64,000 nt of DNA, from NCBI GenBank assembly GCA_030141605.1, contig JAQGDQ010000005.1, positions 1,978,184 through 2,042,183 on the forward strand. Direction: 5' to 3'. The stretch is from Tubiluchus corallicola (Eukaryota > Animalia > Priapulida). Position numbers and translations under genes: made by a program. Positions 25,362-39,266 of this stretch are shown here, one piece after another. The notes under the pieces were generated by a model that worked only from the letters and a program-made list of their open reading frames with translations, made no database searches and was not told the DNA's origin. Every line of letters begins with the position of its first letter. Position 1 is the stretch's first letter.

Positions 25362-26999
25362 CAGCCGATGTTTATAGCTAAAAATAAATTAAATCAATGA
25401 AAAACCTGAAGTCAGTTTGGCAGGTTAAGCTATTTAATGCCAAAATGAATTACATTAAAATAGATTAGAAAACTGTCTCATATAAGTTATACTAGCCAAA
25501 TTACAATTTTAGCAATTTTGTACAAGAAATGGAGGACAGGCAGCTAAAAAATCTGCCTGAACCCACAAAAATTTGCCTCAAGAATGAGTCAAATGTGGGT
25601 TTAGTTTGTTTATATTACAAGTTATAGCTTTGCCCCAATATTTTGAAGGTAATCAAAGGTATGATGCAAGGTGTACCTCGCTAGAAATCAACAAAAATAA
25701 TTAAAAGACAAAATGTATAGTAGACATCATCCAAAGTATTGTGCGTAACAGCAAGAAAGCAATTTTTTGATAACTGCGAATTGATGCTGCAAATCTCAGC
25801 ACTGAAAGAGTTATACAAAAATTCTGGAGAAAATGAGTAATAATCTTAATTGGTAATGAATAATTTGAATTTTGTACGATAAATTTCGGCAATTAAAATG
25901 ATTTACTTTAGCATAAAACACCACGTAATTTCTGACACCCCCGTGTACTGCCAAGCCAGATACTACTCCGTCTTGTACTGCCTCATGTACCTCGGTGTCG
26001 TGTACCCAACTCTGTGTATCAGAGGGGGTAGTACAGTGCATATGGTACACAGCAATCAGTACATGGCAAGGTGGTATACAGCGAGCAAGTAGTGTTTGTA
26101 TACAAAGATGCTAAAAGTTGGGCCTTTTTATTATAGAAAACTAACCTGCTTTCACTTAGCCGGAAACTGCTACTGCCCACGATTTATCGTCCCTCAAATC
26201 TGGGGTTGTATTTGCTAAAATCTTTCCTGTATATCTAGACTATATATGTCAGTAGCTGACCCTCTCGGCTTTTTTGTCGTTTCAAGAGTTCTACGTAATG
26301 CTATAGAAAGAAGAGACTCTTGAAGTAATCTTAGTGCATGCCCAATTCAATATAACCTCTTTAGTTGTATGAAATGGTCATCATATGCCAGTTACGCCTA
26401 TTGGGCAGGCAAACTCTAAAATAAAAGAAATCTACTGTCAATACAGGTAAACACAGCAGTAATCCAACTAGACAATGTTATGCCACTGGACTGTTAGCAC
26501 TACTTCCGAACAAAACTGGTCGTTGTAAAAAAAACTTCACTTTTACAGTTTCACTTTTTTATCTTGCAAAATGTTTCTATGCGACGCCAGCAGCGACGGT
26601 AGCAGCAGCATCAATACGGCCAACCTTAACTACCGCCATGGAGGCGTTGTAGATTCAATAGTTCCCGCTGACTGCTACGACCCGAACGCCTCCACAATGG
26701 AACGCTTTTGCTCAATTGCGCAATTAAAAAAATCTGGGCGAGACGGCTTTGATAGACTGATAGTACGTTTGATGAGTTAACTAATAGTATGTACTTCTAT
26801 TTGCAACATAGTACATGCAACTGCCAAAGACGATACAGCTATTACAAAATATGTATTTATTTCACACAACTGAATCACAAGCAGACAACATTACAAACAA
26901 AACTTATATTTAAAACGGAAATAAGCGGGGAGTTTTTAACTTGCCTTTAGTTCCTCGGGTATAACTGACTGACTGCAGGCATTTTAGAGTTAGATCATT

Positions 27000-27800
27000 C
27001 AATATCAGATTTTTTTAATAACTCAGGTCTGTGAGACCGAGTCAGTTACTCTTCATTACCAAATATGTGTTGCAATGTCTGCCAGCTTATTTTCAGATGA
27101 ATGTATCAAAACGTGTGGTTGAATGACTATTTCAGATATCCTATTCTTCACAAAGGAGGATAGCGTTTTGCAGCCTGCAAGCAAACAGCAAAGTAAATAC
27201 AAGGAATCGAAAAATACATAGCAAGAAGAAATATTTATCTTCAGTTGCATAGCTGAGAAGCTTGTGACACAAACACCAACCAACACCCTCATTTATCTCG
27301 GCAAGGTTTTGTCATATTGTGTGGAGCTAGCTGGTCTTCATAAAGAGAAAATCCACATGGATATATACACAACTGTACATGCAATGGGTTCTGACAACAG
27401 TAACAGCTTTGCTGTTAGGCCATTTTTATGATCAAAAATTATCTTACAAACAGGACATTCGCCACTGAAGTGACAGCCTCTATTTTACAAAACACTTCAC
27501 GTTTACGGACTGCAAAGTTAGACCTCGTGTCTTCTATCTATTCAGGTTTTGTTCCAGCTACGCATTGATCTTGCCCACAAGAAAGGTGGCATACTTATTT
27601 GCTGGTGGACGTGATATACTGCATGCGTCCGGTTTTGACTTTGCTGTTGCTGTAATAGGCTGAGCTGTTCTCTAGTTTCTAAGGCTGCCATATAGTTTGA
27701 CAACTGTGTCCACAGTTCCTTACGAGTACATTTCCAGGAAAAATTGGATTCTAGTCACAGCTGAGTAACAACATTTTCAGGAAGTTTTAAAGTAATTATT
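27000..27800 (-). mobile_element. Degenerate BEL/Pao LTR-retrotransposon pol remnant (RT-RNase H); may extend to about 29300
   Basis: FFDSLYLL..LSSFVKNRISEI..HSSENKLADIAT matches the Pao RNase H WSDS..FVxNRVxEI..NPADIATRG motif. Upstream frames give LAPHNMTKP and VVKLYGSL..QPITATAK. Confidence 0.7.
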
Positions 27801-29655
27801 AGCTGTACAAAAACCCATGAATCAAATTTTGCTCCCCCACTTTCTACATCTTAAGCACATGTGAAGCAGTTTAGGGAGCCATAGATAAACTGGTGAGCTG
27901 TTTATAATGAAGGTCAATTATCTTCTATTTATTACCAAAACAATCTTTTAACAAGTCGAAACAATAGGATACTTAGGGCTCTCACCATGTGGCCGTTTTT
28001 CACTAAGGCTGCTTCTCCAGACAGTTTAGTTCTTAAGAACTACTGTGCATCATCCAGCTCCGGATTTTCGTGGCATGCTGCTGAAAATAAGCTCCCCACA
28101 ACTGTCCTGAAATTAACATTATCAGACAAACAAGTTCAGGCAGTTTAGTAGCTCTAAATTTACGACATGAACAGCTGTGACCTCTATTACTGCATCAAAA
28201 ATTACAATGGGAGCATTATAACTCCGATGTGCCGGAGTAGAAGCAACCTATTCAATGGTAGGGTGCAGTGAGTGGACCTCCAGCATAATATCCACTCCGA
28301 TGGTACACTTGTTATCCAGTGCCAGATGTTCCGATAATAGAGTTCGCCAAAGCAAAAGTTGAAGATAAATCATATCATTGACGACAGGCAACAACAAATT
28401 CAACTTAGTCTTTGTGTTTTGCTTTTACAGTATGAGAAAAGTTAAGCAGTCTTAAAGTTGTTTAAATAGCTCATCGTCTTGGACATCCCAAAGAATCTCC
28501 CCGTAGTGCTCAGAAAAGGTCATGCAAAACATTATAATTTCAGTTTCTATCAAGTTGTAGTAGGACGTACCAATACTTTTGTCCTTCTGATCTTGACCAC
28601 CAGTAGTGCCACCACCATCATTTTCCTGTTGATTCCCCTCACCAGACAGATTCACATCATCAAATGAGGCCTCAGTACTTGGAATCTGTACTCTGAAGCG
28701 AGGTTCATAAGAATCTGACATCCTGCTTGCCCAGAAAAAGCAAAAGCAAAAGGCACACAACCACTGTGGCATACGTTCAAGTATCAAACGAAATTTGTCC
28801 AAGTCAAAAAGCTGAAGAAAAAGAAATTTAAATTCCACTTACTATAACTGGGCTTTGCGCATCATGTCAAAAACTCTCTTTCTTTTTGCTTGTACTTTAC
28901 TTTTCAATAAATTAGACTTAAGGTTATTGTATTATTTTACTATTTTATTTAAAGGTGGTGTCTTGAAGTTCGGTTAGTGTTACTTTGGCAGTTCAGTCAG
29001 TAATAACTTGTCAGCAGTTTCACAAGTTTTTCATTTTGAACAGAGTACTCTCCTGCTGACAAAAGCTTAATATAACTGCATCACTGTGATGCGTAATGGA
29101 GGAACTCGACTATTGGCTTTAAATTTTACATTTTTTGCTAACATCTTTCTGCCATACCTCTCCTATTCCGTACAGACAACTTGAAGAGAAGTCTCCCTCA
29201 TTTACTGAATATCAAGGATTGGAACCTTCACCGTGTGTGTAAGAGTTTCAATCCGACATAATACAGTATGCTCTTATGTAATCGTTCATTTGTTCTCTTC
29301 TGGAATTTCTTTGTTTTATTAAGCAGTATGGTGGTGGTGATTCATAGAGCAGTATAATGTAACCAGTCAGGTATAATAATAACATAAACGCAAAAAAGCT
29401 TTACGAAAAATTTGTATTCTGACCAATGACAGATCATTCCTCAAAATATTTTGCATAATGTAATTCATGAAAATATGACTAGTTCATTTAAGTTTCAGTA
29501 GAATTGACCAAGTCAATTTATACAGTCAATGTTCCCTCTTGTTTACAATGTTTCGACAAAATGTAGATCCTACATTCATAATAATAAAGCCAGAGCAAGT
29601 GTAAATTTCTCAGCTTTACCTTCAACATGATTCAGAGCTGCTGCTTGGATAATTA

Positions 29656-32600
29656 TCATGTTATCTCTAAATCCTCTGGTTTTTCTTCTATAGTTTGTAA
29701 GTCAGCAGGTAAAGTTCTTATTCTAAACACAACTGGTATATTTGCTAACTTAGGATTAGTTCCTTGTAAGATTTTAATCCACGACATTAAAGAATCTCTA
29801 CTACAAGTTCCAGTAACGCACATTGCAAGCACAATTCCATCTTCCTGTTCATGGACTGTAGGTGCAACAACCACTTCTTTCGGTTTTTCGTCTTCGAAAA
29901 ACATATGAAAATCAAACATATCTACAATAAAAAGAGCACAGTTACTACTCTATGTACCACTGTAATAGTAAATATAGTGCAACCAATACTAAAAAACATT
30001 CACTTATTTGATACAGTTCATCACACTGCAAACTGGCATCCAGCACTTGATAACAAAGTTTAGTTATTGTGCTGATAGACAAGACATTATCTCATTATTA
30101 AGAATCATTTCCTGAGATAAGATAATAGGCCCTCAGAAATGTCACAGTCTCTCCGATGTAAATACACGCTCCCTAGATGAAAAAAAAGCAGTGTTCCTGG
30201 TAGCTATCCAAATAATATGCTAACCTAGCATTGCTTAACTTTGACCATTAAGAACGCATTGCAACCACACTTGTGATGCAGTTATTTTGTACAATTTTTT
30301 CGGTAACATCGTAAGAATCTAGTATCATTAGTCTACAGCAAAAAGTTGTTCAGTTATATGATTTATGAAGATGATGAAGGAAATCCTCTATTATTAAAAA
30401 TATTTCTAGGATGAGTTTGCAAATCGAAAAAAGACGAGAAATTTCTCGCCTTATAAAAATTATATTGATTTCACAGAAGTTGGTAGAAAATTATGTGATA
30501 TATCACTGACGTTACCTTTAACAAATATACCATTTAATGGGATGGCTAAGACAAAACAGTCACAATTCAGAATGGAATATTTTGGCCTCATTTTGCGGTT
30601 ATATATTAAAAAGTGCTATAATGCCTTACCATCTCCCTCTGTTTCTTCACTTTCCTGAGAATTACTTGGCACATTGGCGTCTGCATTAAGAACACAATAA
30701 TGCACACATTTCTTGCGCAACCACACAGAAAATACACCATCTACAAACACTGGTTTCTCCTCCGAGTGTTCTGAGAGTAGCCTCTTTTGTTCCGGTGATT
30801 GTGCAGATACCACGTAAGTGTGGTCCATAGCTGTTTCAATATCATCTGTCTGCAAATTCAGTGAAAAGAAAAAAAACAACTTAATTTCAATCAAAAAGTT
30901 AAAAAAATGATTCAAAACCAACTTGGCTATATCATACACATCAATGGTGTTACACTGATTAAGCAGCACTACTGTGCGTCTAAAAGTAAAAACAACCTCA
31001 AGTGAACTGTAAAATGCCAGAATGCAAGAACCTAATAAACAATACACAGGCCATCAATGTTAAGCCCATTTCAGGCAAGCCATCACACTTGAATCAATAA
31101 TATCTACAAGAATAAGAATAAACAAATCAAGCACAAGCCATTCTCTGATGTAAAAAACTTGCCATAATCTCTGTTATATTGAACTAGGATAAAAGAGAAC
31201 AGAAATCTACTGTATGCTTAGCAGAACAATAAAATAAAAATTGAATACATATTAGAAGACCGGCTGACATTGGAAAAAAGCAGTAACTACCAATAAACGA
31301 TACTGAATTTTTAAGATTAAAAAGAGTGAAAAAGTAGCAATTGAAAGCTTCAGTATTTTTAACGAAATTCACAGATAACTAATGACTAATGTGAAATTCA
31401 TACAGGTAGCTTGCAAATCGAATGTGCGTTATGTACATTGTAGTTGAGAAGTTGGTCAGTTCTAGATGTGTAATTTAAATGAAAAATACCTTATGTACTT
31501 CAATTTTATTGCCCATGTCAACTGCCATTCTTTTAAGAGCTAATTTTGCCAGTTCAATGTCGTCAGCTGGCAGTGGTTTAGGAAGAGGAAATGGAGTAAT
31601 GTTTTTAAACTTTGGCATCCAGTAAAACATACGCTGGAATTTCCGCACAGGGTGTCCCGTTGAACCGAAGCGAGCAACCAACATTATACCCAAATCGTCA
31701 TCGGGACAAACACCTGAAAGCAATGAACCGTGTAGGCAAGTGATATAAAGGAAACTGAATACAGAACTTGGTACTTTTGTCATCCAAAAGGGATTATCGG
31801 CAGTTAGAGTGCTATATAAATAGTGAAGTTATGTCAGATTGATGATAACTCTTAATCACAAATGGTCTTTACGAGATGATTTCAAAAACTTAAATTAAAT
31901 GAATAGGAAATATGACATGTTCCTTGTAAAATCATCATTATCTTCATTTTGCAGGAACATTTTTTTACATTAAAAATAGACACCAAATATGATACAATTA
32001 TATTGCTTTTTCACTTTCTTAAAAATTATGCATTCCTTGCTCATTATAAGACTCTCCGCTATAATTCTAAAAAAGAAGTACGTATAATTCTTGCAAAAGC
32101 CTAAATTTTGGGACAGATTTTCAAAAAATAGATAATCTTTCAAAAAGAAGAACAAAATGAATTCATTGGCCATGAAATTCACTTGAAAAGTGGCCACAGT
32201 GACCACTAAAATGCTTATTACTCACAATCACTAAATATTAATGTTACCAAAATGTTTACGAACCATTGTCTTCCATTTTTTCTAATATAGTAATTGCACA
32301 TTCTTGATGTTTTGGATAATGCATGAATTCCGCCTGTAGAAAAATAAAATTAGACCTAACTTTAATTTTTAATATAAAGCAAAGTAGCATGCAGCACAAG
32401 GACAGTGAAAGTAGAATGTAGTTTATTTTTACATGCAACTGGCCTAACTATCACATACTAATTAAGTATATACTTGTTGCAGGTAAAATATAAAAAAGAA
32501 TTTATTTTAAACTCCACAAATGCATTTTGTGCACAGTCAGTAATGCACAAACATTCTACATACTATTGCTTAATGCTTAGCGATGAATAGATTAACAGAT

Positions 32601-34516
32601 TTTTAACAACTATAACAGAATTATCTACAGCAGAATGGCGGGTGATACAATACCCGTAACAGTCGCACACTCATGAAAGACAAAGACAGTGACTGTTCTA
32701 ATAGCATGTAGTTATAGGGACATAAAAACAGAACTCTGTCACAAACAATATCCCATTTCATTAAGTTGGTCTGTGTTTAAACAAAACATTCACACCTTAT
32801 AGACCATTTCATCTTCTTCCAGGAATGTGCTTATTTTTTTTCAAGTCATACAAATGGTTTCAAAATTCAAGTTTTTCTAGAGCTTGTTTGTATATTTTTT
32901 CAGGAAAAATCTGGGTCGATGCCTATGTGGGTCCAGAAAATAAACACTTATTGCGGGGCCCATAAACTTCAGGAAAACCAAACTAGGTTTATTACAACTT
33001 TTATTGAAAAGCTCTTTCCAAAGACGTATAGCACATCATCTACCACGATCTTGTTTTTCAAATCTCAGTTTTACAAGTTTGCAAAAAGACAAAAAATACT
33101 AATTGAAAATAAACCCCCTATGGGACTAAAAACGACTAAAACAGTTTTTTATTTGATACACAATTTGTCACAAAACGTTTAGTAATTGTAGAGAATCATG
33201 TATTATATAAATAAATAACTAAAAATAGTAGTAGATTATTGTAGAATTGCTTTTCTTAATCAATGTACTGAAAATTTCACTTTAAAATGCTCTTGATTTT
33301 ATGTATTAACCTGAAACAAGTTTTTTGGAACCATTTTTCCTTCTGGAAATAGACTAATTAGCTTTTTGTATGTTTCCAAGTCATCATCTACTCCAAACTC
33401 TTCCATTCTTTTCATTGCGGCATAAATGAATTCCACATGACCACGATGATACTTATCTCGCTGTTTGAAAGTTTCAATTGCTCCTATAGCAAAAATTAAT
33501 ATTTGTGCCAACAGATAGTACCACATAAAGTAGCTCATCTAAAGACATATCCATTGCCAAATCTTATCAAATTTTTCAAAAAAAATCTAAAATCTAAGAT
33601 TTTTTTCTCTTAGGAAACTTTTAAACACTGCAGATCATGGTTATAAAAAATATACACTCAGATCCCATGATTTCTTCTTTGCGTGAAATACAATTGCAGT
33701 GGCAATAACTACATGCCAACCTTGTGGTAAAGAAACAAAGAGAAGATGCAAAGAATTGATAAAAAACAAATAATATTAATCTATAATTTTGTCAGCATAT
33801 TTAGGAAATCAACAAATGAAGTCTATGCTATAATAATAATTAAAGATAAAGTAATGTCACGAGATAATTATTGTTAAACACCAAGTCTACTAGTTATTTT
33901 AGGCTGCACTGTAAAAAGCTACCTTGAAAAGTTGCTTTCTTTCGCTGTTTCTTTTCAATGTCGTCAAATAATCTTTGTCGCAGCATAATGCTTTTTTCTT
34001 GCAATTCTGTTTCATATTTTCGATCTTTAAACTGATGAGCAGAAACGTGCACCCAAGCAGCTATAAAAGGCTCAATCTAAAATATAAGAATTGGTAAACT
34101 TTCTACTGATGTTGTTTCCAGGAACATGTAATTCGCTAATAAGCGTGCCTGAAGAATATTAGCACTAACCACGTTTAGATGACACTTAAAATTACTTCAG
34201 TTCTAGCGGAACTCCCTAAAAATGTGATCAAAATTTGGGCATTCGGGTTTATCTGAAATGGAATTCGCCGGTAAAAGATAAACAGTAACTACATAACACA
34301 GGCCTTTGTTGCCTTTTATTTCTTAGAAACATAATATTCTTGCAGGTGAAATTCGACAACAATTCAGCGGGGTCAGACATATACTTTAGAATAAAACTGC
34401 ACTCCAGGTAAATTTCAGACAAAAACAACAGTTTAAGCAATCTATGGAATTACCAAATTGTTCACAGCGAGACTTTGATAACCCATCTTCCAAAGTGTTC
34501 CACTGAGGCGAATCAT
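29656..34516 (-). CDS. ECSIT: ECSIT, mitochondrial complex I assembly / Toll pathway adaptor; coding exons 34516-34454, 34076-33923, 33483-33311, 32333-32264, 31713-31490, 30849-30630, 29921-29656
   Basis: Hallmark motifs include RGHVEFIYAAMKRMEEFGV..DLETYKKLISLFP, FMHYPKHQECAITILEKMEDNGVCPD, RMFYWMPKFKNITPFPLP, SAQSPEQKRLL..PVFVDG..VWLR and VHEQEDGIVLAMCVTG..WIKILQGTNPKL..IPVVFR. Phases are consistent; the first two exons are less certain. Confidence 0.93.
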
Positions 34517-35216
34517 TGCTTTATGATACCACAATTATACCTGGAAAGAAAGTTAACATTTTAGCTTACAATGCTTTTTGCTTGGTTTTTAAATTAACTG
34601 CAGAAGTCAGTGGCGGATAATCTATTAGGCACACTAGGCACCCTTAGCCTTGGGGGCTCCTATTATATGGACTATGGGAAGTCAGTAGGCCATACTAGGC
34701 CTTAATAATTGCACCATAACAGAAGTAACTTAAAATCCAAGCTTTTAATTGTCAATTAATTACAACAATGCACGGAAGCCTGACTAGTTCTGCCTTGATT
34801 AAACCTTTGTAAGCATTCAAATACCGATTTTTAACCGCCCAACTGCAGAAATAATTATTTAGCAAATGCTTCAGTATACTCTGTTAAAGAGTCTGTGTCA
34901 CGTCTAGAGTGCGTATAGAAAACTTCGTGTTGTGCAACAACAACGTGAAAAGACGCGCATTAATTTTTGTCTGTTGATAGAAACAAGCATAAGGGTAACT
35001 GAGAACGAAAAATTTATAGTTATAATCAAAGGTTTAAGGAAAATAATTGCAACAAGTTTATTCAAGAGGGACTAAAAAGAGAAAGATGCAGTCTATTCAG
35101 CTAGTTGAATACACGAGGGTATGAAGGCACTTTCAAACACGTGCTTTGAGCCTATTCAAATTGAAACACACTGGCCTCAGGCCAGTCTAGAAAATGTTTT
35201 ATTTGACGTATTACAT

Positions 35217-35223
<7 letters not shown>

Positions 35224-35273
<50 letters not shown>
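35224..35273. repeat. (TA)n microsatellite
   Basis: Direct read. Confidence 0.95.
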
Positions 35274-35274
<1 letters not shown>

Positions 35275-38200
35275 CTAGATTAGGTTCCAGGTTTTGTGAT
35301 AAACTTTTGTACAAAATGTATCCAATAACTGTAGTATTATCATCTGGCATGTGATCGTAAAAGCAAACTCTCGGTTAATTTTGATGCTGTATATTGAAAT
35401 AGTCAATCTGTATCCCGTTAACAATAATCGAAATTATAGTAATTAATATAAAGCTTTGCAATCTATAGTCATTAATTATAGTATCTACTACTACTGGCAA
35501 GTATCACTGAGTAGCCAAAATCTCAATCAGTTTGATTAAAAATATAATTGTACTGGTCAATCACAATTGTACTAGTCTGTATCTCATAATAGCTAGTATG
35601 ACTAAGTAGCAGTACGTCAGTTTTTTATATGTATATTAGTAATCTGTAGTGCTCCTGTATATAATTTTCTTTTTGTACTTGCCTATGTATGTAATGTTAA
35701 TTGCATATTTGTGCAATAAATTGAATTGGTGTACATTTTGCTCTAATTCTTAATAATATTATCCTGTTTTAAAATGCTTGTAATGGTTATTCACGTCACA
35801 TATTACAACCTTGGTTTTTCTGTATTATGCATGCAAGTCATTGATACATGGCAATTACTTGCCAATCAGAGATCACCGTCTGGTACTAATGTATAAGATT
35901 ATTCAGGGTTTAGTGGCAGTGAGGGACACCATCTGATATTGTGTATGAGATTGTACAGGGTTTAACGGCAGTGCCAGCCTCACATGTAATTTTTGCTGGT
36001 CCATCAAGCGGGAACATCCCATGATCGGGATGTTTACACATAGTACAGTAGAGTGCGACTTAATAGTAAATAATCCCATTTCATAAACTCATCACCTAGC
36101 TTATATAAACTAATTAAGCCTATCCCTTACTAGTCTAATATCAACTATAAATTTGCCCATTCCTCCCTGACCACTGACCACCGAACCCACACTGCCTCAG
36201 CTACAATCACAAATCTGCGTTTTGCTGTAGTATTGAGCAGTCGGGCATTTCTTTGAACTTTTTCTTCATGTCCGAACACTTTATAACAGGTAGTGAAGAT
36301 TTCGCCTATTACTTTGTACGCACATTGCTCGTTGGTGTTTTATTTTCAGAAATTACACATTTTTTCGGCGAATTTTTGCACAATAGCAGTTGAAGACTTC
36401 TTCCCCAACTTATCATTTCAACGGTACGGTTAACTGCCAGAAGGAGTAATTATTATGGTTTTGTACTTTCTGCAATATAAGTACACTTGTTTTGTAGCGG
36501 CTTAACCAGAATTCCATATTACTATATTAGCGTGTCCAAAAGCAAACAACAAGGGTTCTGGGGAACCGAAGCATTTCCAACATTTAAGAAATTTTGGGGC
36601 AAATTTTAGTAACAAAAATGATGAATTCTGTACGCTGAAATTGCCTAAAATTTTCAATCACTTTTTATCTCTATAGCCAGAATGGGTGGTGGTATGTCAT
36701 AATGTTCATTGCTCGTTACAGTGCTGCATCCTTCACTTGTAGACTTTTAGACTTAGATTTATAAACTGTTATTTTTATTTTTTGCGCAATATAATATTAC
36801 TTTAGCAGTTAATAAAGTTTGATTTATTTTGATTTATTTGAATAACATTTATAATACAAATAAAAGTTATCCTATTGGATTGTTATGTTATGGGATTGCA
36901 CAACAAAGGAAAAACTTTTGTGGTTCTCGTTACAGATACATAGTAGACAATTTATCATGTGCCTAATTTTTGTAAACAAGAAAAATGAATGAAAAATGAA
37001 AAAGTCAGCATTGACTTTCATCTCCGAGCATCATCTTGCCTTCCAAACTAACTTAACCAGAAATATTTGCAATAATATTATACATAGAAAAATCAGTTAA
37101 ATAAGAACTAACTACAGTGTTTTTACATGAATTTCAACTGCTAATTTTAACTCAAATAGAATTGTAAAATTATTATAGAGCTAAGCATTAGAGTAAGCTA
37201 ATTATCATTAACACTAAGACCTAGATATCCTGTATTATAACATGAGTAAACTAAAAAATTAGAATAGTCTTATATAAATCTATATAGCTTAATTCTTGAG
37301 ATGCTTTAGTGAGAAATTGAGTACAGAAAACGTTAACTAATCAGGTCAGAGAAACAACCATTATTAATATGTAATTTGAAAGAATTATTAGTACAGAAAC
37401 CTAATTTTTCCTAAGGGCCAATAATAGGTGAATGCAATTTATTTTAAAAGCTGTTGAGATTTCATTAAAATATTTTTCCTTTGAAACGAGATTATGAAAT
37501 GAAAACAGATGAAAGCAAATATAAAGCATGGGATATCTGTAGGTGCTGTGTTTCTGAGTTCAGACACTGTCTTCCTACAATATTAGTTGGATGCTGTTAT
37601 TGCTTTCATTTGTATTGTTGAATATTCATCTATCATGCAGTTACAATAAAAATTGCTAAATTAATTTGCTATCTATAGCAGAACTTTATCTTTTGTGTAT
37701 AAAAATTACTGCTGTTTACACTCTGTTAAGACGATTGATGCCTAGCATAATGTCAGTCATTTTCGTTGACTCCCCAGTCGGCTTGCAAGTTATTTCAAAC
37801 CCTTGCAGAGCTTTAATTAACACACTTAAGTTTGGTACATTTAGCTACAGCTGTGTCTAATACTGTTATGAAAAATGCTCAACTTTTCATTAGTTAGCTG
37901 GAGAAATATTGGCCTGGTTCTAGATTTTGTTATTGTCAATTGAAATTGCAAGTGAATTAGTGGAAATATATAGTCTAGTTTCATTTATAGGAAGAAATGT
38001 ACAATGCAATGGTCTACGAGTCACTGATTAAACCATTTTGCAATAAAAGAAAATACACAGTTTAGTTTAGTTTATGGCTTCACAAGTTAGATAAAAACAA
38101 CTATTTGATTAACTTTAAATAAGGACAAAACAAAATGTTTTCTTTTCTGGCCAATTTTTATAAACCTCAGTGAGATCTTCACAGTCAAAATTAATTCAAG

Positions 38201-38289
38201 TGTGGTCAAAACTTATATTATACATCAATATAATATTAGTTAATTTAATGCTATTTTTCTGGAATAGTCGTGGTTAAAAGATGCCATTG

Positions 38290-39070
38290 GGACTTACGTA
38301 ACTTGGGCATAAGGGTCGTCTGTGGAATGGAGCAATCAAATTTATTGCATTTCCGTAGCCTAACAAACAGAAAAATGAAAAAACTGAATAAATCTCGCAG
38401 ACAAGCACATGATCAGTTAATTTAAAAAATACATTGCAGGCATGATGTTCGTATGTTTAAAGGCAAAAGAGCCTTAATATTTTTGTTGCTCATTTATTTT
38501 AAAACAAGGCTAACTGATGTCTCTGTATTTTGTAGTGCTTTGAAAATCATCTCTACATTCTGTTTAAATTGAAAAGTCATTTTTTGGCTACTTGAAGTGT
38601 TAATTTTGCGTAGAAATAGCTGCTGCTCTGCAAATTTGTGTTTATGAAAAAGTGCAACCAGTTTATCTGCTGATTAGACATTAGTTGTGACTGTCATGTT
38701 GTTAAGTTAAGTTTAGTTTAGCTTAGACAGTTGTTGTCCTGCGTGAGCTGTTGTCCCGAATGTTGCTGAGCGTGCTTACGTTACAGAGAGGGAGAGAGAC
38801 CAATATGTTTTATTGCAGATTGCTGCTACAGTTAAAAAGTTTGTTAAAATTTCACATAACACGTAGTTGTAGATCAGAGCAGCTTGCCATCTTTTAGCCA
38901 TCTAAATTAATTATATGTTTTTTGGGTAATTTTTGAGCCTCTGTTGTTTGGGCAAAACTGCTGCAAGAAGATGTTTAAAATTTGCAGACCATCAGTTATG
39001 TTATTATTTACAATCATGTGTTGTAATTTTATGTTTTTGTATTATGATACTTTCTTACTGGGGTAAGTAC
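38290..39070. promoter_or_regulatory. Candidate bidirectional promoter region ECSIT/TOMM22
   Basis: Divergent consensus donors occur at minus-strand TAC|GTAAGT (38297-38296) and plus-strand GG|GTAAGT (39063). Both genes have splice acceptors just upstream of their ATG (34542-34541; 39253-39254). Confidence 0.35.
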
Positions 39071-39266
39071 CAGTACATTGGCACACTTAACTGATTAGGG
39101 TTTATAATAAAAGAGTTGGCACTTTTTCAACTTCAGTTGATTTGAATAGGATTTAAATTGTGTGATAAAACTAAAAAAATTTCTTAGGGAGGTGGAGTCC
39201 TATTATGCAAAAATTGTGTGTTCTAATCATTAAAAAATTTTGCTCTTTCTGTAGTTGTTTGGTATC

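Noticed and set aside
28452-28838. 128-aa minus-strand ORF as a host gene
   Set aside because: No recognisable domain or splice partner was found; it lies next to decayed BEL/Pao sequence and likely belongs to it.
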